Assembly (NCBI RefSeq): GCF_006345805.1 | Contig: NC_043013.1 | Location: 57,908,001-57,972,000, forward strand | Reading direction: 5' to 3' | From: Octopus sinensis | Taxonomy: Eukaryota | Length of the DNA: 64,000 bases | Shown here: positions 54,572-64,000 of the stretch, in pieces | How the letters are laid out: every line of letters begins with the position of its first letter | How positions within the stretch are numbered: position 1 is the stretch's first letter | The notes under the pieces: generated by a model | The model's database searches: none | Told to the model about the DNA's origin: nothing | The model's input: the letters and a program-made list of their open reading frames with translations, nothing else | Made by a program: the position numbers and the translations under genes

Positions 54572-57500
54572 TATATACGCGCACACGTATATATGTGTGC
54601 TTGTATGTATATATGAATGTATATAGATGTAAAACCATAATTAATCTTAGTCTTTACAAATGTTTGACACTAGCAAGCTGAAATCACAAACCGTACGCGT
54701 GATAACAAAGCCGGATCTATACATTTCAATTCGTGTTAACATCATCTTCATAGTAGCAAAAATGTACAGATATGGTTAATAGCAATATTTCAATGGGATA
54801 TATTCTCAGAGAAATGGCTACAGGACATGCTGCTTTTCAAATTAAAAATGGCCGACATTTTAGTATGAAGAATCTTGACTTTAGAATTAGGAAAACCAAT
54901 AGATTCTTCTTGAAATAAGAGAGTAACTGTGGAGAATTGATTATCTCAAGTGTTAGAACACAATTAGTTCTATCTGTTCGGTTACTGCACGAAAAATAAC
55001 ATCATTGTTTAGTTTGTATTATCATACGATCCCACGCATCTTATCTATATTAATGTAAAAGAAATTCCATTTATCGATCTTGCTTCTGAAGGATGCATTT
55101 GATGAGATTATCGTTTATTTTATCTCTTCAGTTGCTACCAGTTTTGAATGATAAGGTATTTAGACACACAAAAGCTATTGGCTTTGCTAATTTTTTCTGT
55201 TTGTTTTCTCGTGATTTAATTCTTCGGGAAGAATAATATCGTTGAAGGCAAATACGAAAGCACTTTGTCATTGGTGTTTGTCCAGATTCCATTTTGACAG
55301 GGAATTCTTTAGACATTCATCAGTTTTATTGGTGAACTATGGAGTTATACTGAGAAATATTAGATAGAGACTTCTTCATACTAAGAGAATGTTTTCTTTA
55401 TTAAAATAGATGTTTTCTACATTCGAGGGTTTTTGCAGCTGCTGCTGCCCATACTGGAGCTCTCAATGTGATTCTATGTAAGTGTAACTTCACAATCTCC
55501 ATCACTTAATGCTGTTAAATCGGGAAAGTGGAGCCGACTTGGAGGCGCCTATTAGATCAACCACCTTGCCTGAAATAGCAACCAACCCCCTCTCTCTCAT
55601 AGCATATAATTCTATGAAATGCTTAGTTATTTTTAGATCCATAATTTCTGAAAATATAACGGAATCAAAGGAAACCTTTGACCATATACACTCACATACA
55701 TATACTATCACAGACACATACAGACATCCATTCACGTACACATTGGTGGTGGTGGTGGTGGTGGTGGTGGTGGTATAAAATGTCATTTACGATAGTTGAC
55801 TTACAGAAAATTATAATGTTAAATTTGTGTGTGTGTATGAATGATTGTTATTACTTTGGGATCTACATAAGTTTCTTTCTTCGTAGAACTTAAACCGGTC
55901 ACCAATAAAGTGACTACCTTCTCTCTTTTTCTTTTATCCAAGACTGCTGCTCTCGGGTTTCGTAGCATTCTCTAGCTTGCGGTATATGTACCCTTGCATA
56001 ATATTCTGAAGTTGTTATGAGATTTTCTCTTTAAATTATTTCTTTACATAGATCGGTCCGGTCACTCAGTGTTTCCATGGAACAGATGGACCTCAGAATA
56101 CGTGTTCAGGAGTTTTTCCACCTAATCTAACTATGCTATTGATTATACACATGATGTACATATTTCACTCTTTATCCTTCAGGATATGTATATATGTATG
56201 TATTATAAATGTATGCATTTCTGCTTCATGCGTGTGTGTATGTTCGTATGGGAACATCATTCGGTTAGAATATTAGGAAATAATTTGGTACCTAACGCTT
56301 TATACATGTAAATACATGTGTATTTATATATATGTGTGTGTGCGTATGTAAGTGTGTATACATGTGTATGTGTACTTGATTGTATACAAATGATACTAAA
56401 AGAGATATGAATCTACGTTACAGTCTATGTGTTCGAATTAGCTGTTATAAGTCAGTCGTCATTCACTAGTTTGTCAGTATACTTGCACAGAAGTCAGATA
56501 GTTTGCCATTACAACTTAAAGCAAAAATATTATAAAATAGTGTACAGTATCACAAAATAATCGACAAATAAAATATAAAATCCCTGTTTGAAGAAACTTT
56601 TTAATTATGTCAATATTGCATTTTATTATTTTCAGAAATATTTGTAGTTTAACAAGTATTTACTTGGTGTTAAAATTCTTTCCCCGCCACCGGCATCTCC
56701 TATATTCAGAGGATGATTTTGTTATATATCTTTTCAAGCAGACACTGTTCTGAAGATTTATATATGGCTTACTAAAATGACCCAGCCCATTGCCTACAGC
56801 ACAATTTAAATAATCTTCACAATTCAGGCGAGCTGACAACTTTCTCCGTTGTAATGATAAAAAGAATCTTTGCAGTGGACTGAAATCTAATTATTGGCGA
56901 AAATGAAATTTTATTTCTGTTCCTGTTGAAAATGAATAGCTTCAATATACTGGGTTTGATAAAATACGTGTCAGAAACATAATCAAGTCAAGAAGATCAA
57001 ACAGAACTTGAGGTGTCGCTGCTGAGGAAGGTGGTGGAGACGAATCTCTTAACTCATGGCTCTTTTTTTTTTGTTACTGTTGTTATTGTTCTGACTATAA
57101 GAAAACGTTCTCTGAAATTAAGCTGCTGTGCGAATTTCTTTCAGCTATTCTGATTAAGCTTGTGGCCTGATATTTAAGGAAAGGACGGTGTATTTCTTAA
57201 AGTCTTTCGAGATAGAGTATATCCGAAAGTATTTGTCCAATATTTAAAATTATTTTTGCTTCTGATTTATTTACATTTTTGTATGATGGCAAAGAATTAT
57301 TCACATTACAGCATTTAGAAACAGTGAAAGAATGTATTTTACAGCAAGACTGTCTCGGTCTTTTGTAACTCAGTGGGCTTGAGACGGCCGCATTAGTGAA
57401 ACAAGCATGGTTATATTTTAGACAAGGGCCCAGTACAATGCTTTCTGTATTAACAGTGAATCTCCTGATCATTGTTCAGTTGCTCCAGTGACTTAAACCC

Positions 57501-58274
57501 ATCAATTTACGACGCGATGAAGAATCATTTATGATTCTATTATAATCTCTTTTCTGGAAATATTTTATTTCAGTATGTAATAGATATAAAATCATCGAAA
57601 AACAACCGGCACATTAAATAGCATTCTTTCTCTAAATGGAAGCCTGTCTGTTTATCATCAACATCCGGAACATTCGGCAGTAAATAAACCATATACAGTG
57701 AGTCTACTGTATGTAGAAGGATTGACAGCTTGTGAAACTGAAAGTGGAATTGTAAGTAACAAAACTAATATGAAGTGATCAGAGCTGTCACTATTTTAAC
57801 GGGGAAAAGCATACTACCTTCAATGGCCTTTATCTGGCCTCCGTACATGCTAGAAATAGAAGAGCAATCATTATCTAATCCCAGAATTACGTCTAAAACT
57901 TTGGAAATCAACGTTAGATATGTATTCATATACACTCCAGCCTGTTAAATTAAGGTGGCATTTTGTCATAGATTTGCTTGATCAAGGTTGACTGAAGATT
58001 AACAGGGGTACTGGCTTCAAGTGTTTAGGCAACAGCATAGACCCTCAATAGATATGACGGTCTGCTTAGTATTTCGTTGCTCAATATTCATCGTATGGCT
58101 AAGTTACAGATTTAGGAGAACATCAGAAAGATTTAACACTGATCTGAATTATTGACACAGCAGACTCAGACAGACACACATCGTGAGAGGAGAGAGAATA
58201 GAGATAGATTGATGTCAATCACGTGTTCACAGTAATCCAAAATAAAAAAAGAAGTCATGGCTACAGGAGGAATA

Positions 58275-58438
58275 ATGTTATTTGACGTCTATCGCTTTTT
58301 TACAAGATGGTCAGATGCTTCGACATATGCCTCCTCGGAAAAAACATGTGTGTACATAAACGCACCAAGTTTTTTCCGAGGAGGCAAATGTCAAACATCT
58401 GACCATCTTGTAAAAAAGCGATAGACGTCAAATAACAT
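58275..58438. repeat. ~70-bp-arm inverted repeat with ~23-bp spacer
   Basis: atgttatttgacgtctatcgc...cctcctcggaaaaaac / gttttttccgaggagg...gcgatagacgtcaaataacat. Confidence 0.93.
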
Positions 58439-58479
58439 GCGTTGACGAGAGGCAATTACCTTGAAACTATAGTCCGTAT
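58437..58479 (+). ncRNA. Minimal type-I hammerhead-like motif (core variant TTGACGA)
   Basis: atgcg-TTGACGA-gagg caatta cctt-GAAAC-tata-GTC-cgtat; stem III is the palindrome actatagt. Confidence 0.55.
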
Positions 58480-58843
58480 GTAGTACTCGGGTCTTCGAGG
58501 GAGGATGACCTCCCTTTGCAAATAACACAAAGGCACTGAGATAGTGTCTAAAGTCCTTCTGGTGACGTTGATCGTCTGGGGCTAAAAGCATCAGGTACCC
58601 CCCCCAATGGCTAGCGACATTCAGATGGCTAATACCCCTTACGTTGTCGAGCGGTTACTGTTTATATCTCGTTCAGAGATTTATTATTGTTATGTATATA
58701 TATATATTTATATATTTTATCAATTTTTCAAAAACTTTCCATACACCCATTTTCATTCAAATTTTCTTTCAATTTAGCATTCTGCATTTTTACAATTTTT
58801 CCTTGCTTATCATTTCTCCAACACAACCCTACCATTATTGATC

Positions 58844-58905
<62 letters not shown>

Positions 58906-58918
58906 TATATATATATAT

Positions 58919-58959
<41 letters not shown>

Positions 58960-59469
58960 TGTTTCACTTATTGGTCTCTATTGAATGCTTAATTCTGGAC
59001 GTAACTTGTATGAAAAGAACGCCATACGCTGATTTATCCATATGCCTTGCTAACACATACACACACAAATGCCTACACACACACACACACACACACAAAT
59101 ACCCTCATGTACACGCATAATTTTAGTACTGTTTCCCCCGCAGATATTTCATTGTGACGTTATTAGACTCTGAGGACATAGATGAAAATACCTTATGTAA
59201 GTTGACCTACAATGAGATCGAACCTACCAATCCAGTTTCACACTAAACTCGTAACGACACAGACACGACAATACACTTTGATACATCTATCTCTACACAC
59301 ATCATGGTTTATATACGACTAATGTTTAATTTGAGTTAATTGATTATTGTCTAAAACCTGACTCATAATTGATAGAATTAAAACCAGAGTAACAGTATAT
59401 TCTGTTGGGTTTTGTTCTTTAACCCCAGGTCTATGAGGAAGCAGTTTCCTGTTGTGCATACTTGGCAAT

Positions 59470-59790
59470 GTTTTCATAAATTTTGAACACAATATTATTT
59501 GAACTCAGAACGTGCACACAGATGAAAAGCCACTACGCATCTCGCTTGGTGTGCTAACGATTCTTATTTCTTTACTACCCACAAGGGGCTACACACAGAG
59601 AGGACAAACAAGGACAGACAAAGGGATTATATCGACTCCAGTGCGTAACTGGTACTTAATTTATCGACCCCGAAAGGATGAAAGGCAAAGTCGACCTCGG
59701 CGGAATTTGAACTCAGAACGTAACGGCAGACGAAATACCGCTAAGCATTTCGCCCGGTGTGCTAACGATTCTGCCAACTCACCGACTTAA
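59470..59790 (-). mobile_element. Well-preserved SINE family B copy (59563-59790) abutting an older head fragment
   Basis: Near-intact body and head; a second gaactcagaacg...gtgctaacgattct head fragment at ~59500-59563. Confidence 0.9.
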
Positions 59791-61139
59791 TGTATATGTA
59801 TTATGTGCCGGGGAAGTGCATGCGTGACTGCATGTGTGTGGTGTGGGTGTATAAGAATGTATTCGTGTGTGTTTATTAAACTGTGTTAATTTGAGAATTA
59901 CAATCTATGTGCACAGTCTTTGTGAATATTTAAATGACGGCGCGTGGACGTGTGTGTATAAGTATTGTTGGTCGTGAAGTTGTTGCGTGCGGTGGTGTTT
60001 TTAACGAGGTTGCGTGTTCCAAGAAAATTGCATATTTATGCGTGCGTAATTCGAATGGTGGTGAGGAAGCGAAAAATGAAAAAAAATTGTCTGTGTCATT
60101 CAGAAATGTGCCTAGAATTTTGTTTTGTCTTTTGTATAATGTGTATGCATGTGTGAATTATAATTCAATGGATGTATATATTCACCTGCATGTTTATATT
60201 TCTATGTATGAATAAATACACGTGTGTGTATATATGTGGTAACTGCTATCACTTCACGCTGGGATCCAGGAAATTGGACACAGCATACATCTGCAGAATG
60301 TGTTGCAGTTGAAGCAGATGAGAAAATGAGAAAATAGGCGAATGACACAGTTCTCTCTCTTTCTCTCTCTCTCTGTCTCTTTCTCTCTCTCTGTCTCTCT
60401 GTCTCTCGCTCCCTCTCTCTCTCCATCCCCTCTCTCTCTCCATCCCCTCTCTATCTCCATCCCCTCTCTCTCTCTCTCTTGTGTGTGTGTATTCTATATG
60501 TAGAACAACCTTTCTTTCAATATCGACATACCTGAAATTGGAAGGTTTATTCCGTAGTGAATTACATCTAATTTTGCATGTTAATTCCTAAACCAGTTAA
60601 AAGTTCTGGGCTAAAAGTAGGTATAGATGTCCTTCAACTCAGTGTAGCAATGAATTTGTTTTCATTGTTTATCTTTCATTATGAAGACCGATGACCAAAG
60701 TGTGAAAGACTTCCAGACACGACAAAACTTACTTTCGCATATTACCTCTCTACGATTATATTATTAAATAAAACCGTATTTTGAAAACACTAAGTTTCAA
60801 TTTGAACATTATTTAGTTGCTATTTCTGGCACAAGGGTCAACAACCAGTAAGAGACTGTCTTTGACTTTTGTATTAATTCAGTATATAATGAGAAAAGAA
60901 GCATTTTGGTCACCGTGTCAATCTAGGTATTTCTAAAGTTGGGATGCTCAAGTGATTAGGATACTGGTACAAGTCTAACTTGGATTAACTTGTACTATTT
61001 ATGGAAAATAAGGTGTGACTGTCATGGCCAGAAGGCATTTCCTCTTGTGCCTGTTTGATCTAAAGCTGACACAGGGCTAAACTGCAACAACTGCTATGAA
61101 AAATTATAATGGCTTCTATAATAATAATAATGATAATAA

Positions 61140-61558
61140 TCGCTTCTACCCTAGGCGCAAGGCCTGAAATTTGGTAGAAAAGGGATAGTCGATTACATTG
61201 ACCCGAGTACGCAACTGGTACATTCCCGAACAAAAGAAAGCTAAAGTCAACACGGCATGGACTGAGTTTGAACGCAGAACATAAAGAGCCGTAAGAAAGG
61301 CTGCTAAACACTTTGTTCGACAACTTAATGATACTAAAAGCTCACATCTTTTTTTGTAATTGCTTCCAATTTTGTGCACAGGCCAACAGTTTTGAAGTGG
61401 AAGGGATTGCTGAGTATATGGACCCCAGTATTTGAGTGGTACTTTAGTTTATCGATCACGAAATGATGGAAGTTGACATTACAGGGAGTTGACCTTAGAA
61501 CAGAAACACATGCTCTCAACTATTTCCTTCGACGTCTTCATAATTCTGCCAATTCGCC

Positions 61559-61560
<2 letters not shown>
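61140..61560 (-). mobile_element. Two degenerate SINE family B copies
   Basis: gcaaggcctgaaatttgg..gtcgattacattgaccc (61140-61330) and ttttgtgcacaggcc..tttatcgatcacgaaa..ttctgccaattcgcc (61360-61560). Confidence 0.7.
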
Positions 61561-61602
<42 letters not shown>

Positions 61603-61960
61603 TCTACCAGAGTACTAAACCGCATAATTCTCTTCATCTTCCTGCTTCTCCTCCTCTTCTTTCTGTTCCTTCTTTTTCCACTCCTCCTCTGCCTTCTTAT
61701 TCCACTCCCCCTCCTTCGCCTCCTTTTCTTTTTCTCTTTCTTCTTCTCCATCTCCTACTCTACCACCTCCTCCTTTTCTCTTCCTATTCCTTCATCTCTC
61801 CTTCATCTCCTCCTCCATTACCATCTCCTCCTCCACCTCCTCCCTTCTTCTTCCTCCTTCATCTCTTATTCTTCTCCTCCTTCTCCTCTACCTCATCTTT
61901 CTACATTCTTCTTCCTTCTCCTCCTCTCCTTCTTTTCTTCTTCCTCTTCTTCTCTCTTGC
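61558..61960. repeat. (AAT)n tract followed by a CT-rich low-complexity tract
   Basis: Direct inspection. Confidence 0.9.
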
Positions 61961-62152
61961 TCATCCTCGACGCTGCCACGACGACAGCTATCGTTGTCCT
62001 CCTCTTCGAATCTTCGGCGTATTTTTTATTCGTAATGCTAATATATATATATATATATATACTAAGTAATTAAGGGTTTAGCAACGATTTGCCTCACCAC
62101 ACACCGAATTTAGAAATAGCAGTCAAAGAGTTATAGCTATTCTTTCTACTAA

Positions 62153-62192
<40 letters not shown>

Positions 62193-62762
62193 AAGGGTAT
62201 GTGAGTGAGTTATGATGTGTGCATATATGTGTGTGGTGTGTATATATATATATATATGCATACATGCGTGTGCGTATGTGAGTGTGTTTGTGTGTATATG
62301 TATACATATTCCCATTCCTTTATCTCTGTGCATGCTCACTTTTTTCTCTCTCCCTTTCATTCATTATTCATTTAGTGATTTTTCTTCATATTTTTCCTTA
62401 TCCTTTTCTTTGTCTTTTTCTCTTGTTCTTTCCATCATTGAATCATATTCTTCTAATTATTTTTATTCTCTAATTAACCCTTTCAAATCCTCAAGGAATA
62501 GCAAAAGTGGCGATACGTTAATCTTTATATAGGTTTATCTGATTGCTATTAGGAAATGCTATTTCGGGTTCGCTCTCAAGAAATAAACCTTTCCATTAAT
62601 ATCCCTACGGTGTTCAAAGTTGAAATTTGCCTTTTCTAAAAATTACCCGATAATGAAATCATTAAAGCAAGTTGATTCTATTGTTATCCCAAAATAGGTA
62701 TATATATACATATATATAATATATATAAACATATATAAAATATACTATATATATATATATAT

Positions 62763-62801
<39 letters not shown>

Positions 62802-64000
62802 TATACATATATATATATATATATATGCAAAGGCAGGAAAAATGTATTTGAAAAGTGGCAACGAGATTGGCTGAAGAAAAGTAAACCCGTGTAAAGACGC
62901 TTGTTATCATGCTGTCTTTAAGTAGGTTCGTCAATTCAGGGAAATAGAATTAAAAGTTAAGGATTTTTCAAACTTATTAAATTTACATTCACCTTTCTTT
63001 CTCTCTCTCTTTCTCCCTCACTCTCCTATTCTCTCCTTTTCTCCCTCTCTCTCCTTTTCAGTCTTTCTCTCCCACTCGCCTTCTCCCTCTCATTCCCTTT
63101 TCTCTCATTCTCTGTCTCCCTCACCCCCTCCCCTTTCTTTCTTTCTGAACAAGAAATGGCGATAACATATATACTGACAAGACTTAAAAATATACGGTTG
63201 CCCCAACACATACTGTAGCATGGAAAATATCGGGTGGGTTGAAGAAATTAGGTATACCGAAAGATAATGTCATATTTTCCAGTATATTATCTAATGCCAC
63301 AGCATAAGTAGTTTAGAAGCCAATAAAGACTGTCTTTGCATTCAGCCACTGAGCATATAATTAATGACCAAATGTTAAAAGGGAGACGCATTTTGTGTTT
63401 CAATGCTTTGTCCAACATTGTTCGACATTAATAACTTTGCAAGGGCAACAATCCAAAACGTGTGAGGTTAAACATTTGTAACGTTTATGTTTATGATGTG
63501 ACGGTTCAGAAATATCAAGTTCAGTTCGGATAAATCAAATATTATACGGAAAGTAATCCGACTCAATGTGAATTTTCTGAAACTCATGAGCACTTCGCTC
63601 TGGTTGGTTACTGTAGATCATTACACATGCGTTATTCAAGTCCATTAGAAATGTGTATTTAAAAAGAAAACATATCGAATATATATGCGCGCGTGTGTGT
63701 ATGTGTAGTGTTCATAGTGGATACAAAATGTAGCATATATAGTTTTTTTTTTATCTCCTTATTAATCTGTTTTCTATATAATAAACACGTTCTGACTTAT
63801 AACTGAATGACAAAGCTTCTAAATTATAAATGAATCCAGTGTTAAGAACCTGAAACGAATTCTTTGCAATTACCATAAACTGCAGCTATTGGCAGAACAC
63901 TATTTAGTGGTAATAAAGATCTATGTATTGGAAATCTAAACTAATTGCATGAAAATCTACTATTTGCGCTGTTTGGATTCATATAAAGGTTTTCTTAACA

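Noticed and set aside
57197-57472. LGPCLKYNHACFTNA resembling a SET-domain NHxC motif
   Set aside because: No downstream SET motif, an in-frame stop lies just upstream and there are no convincing splice sites.
62870-62910. CTGAAGA next to a TA tract
   Set aside because: No GAAA/stem III; too degenerate.

Overview
AT-rich, repeat-dominated animal genomic DNA. The SINE families and microsatellite style resemble octopus/cephalopod genomes; this is inference from recalled repeats, not a search result. No host protein-coding gene could be supported, and most ORFs in the track are microsatellite read-throughs. The window holds long microsatellites, many tRNA-derived SINE copies, two adjacent R4/Dong-like RLE retrotransposon fragments, an internally deleted Gypsy remnant and a decayed mariner. 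It also has a retroelement pile-up at 36-53 kb: two near-full CR1-group LINEs, a Penelope-like element (RT + GIY-YIG) and a third LINE cut by a 100-N gap. Highlights: (1) five minimal type-I hammerhead-ribozyme-like motifs from unrelated sequence families, several inside or beside long palindromes, and one in the 3' end of the Penelope-like element with a long stem II; (2) a LINE whose 5' ORF joins a Myb/SANT-like module to a CCCH finger and sits just downstream of a 1.6-kb tandem array; (3) a 3' stem-loop shared by the LINE and a SINE family, with compensatory base changes. Many frameshifts are single-base indels and may be assembly errors. All alignments and folds were done by eye.
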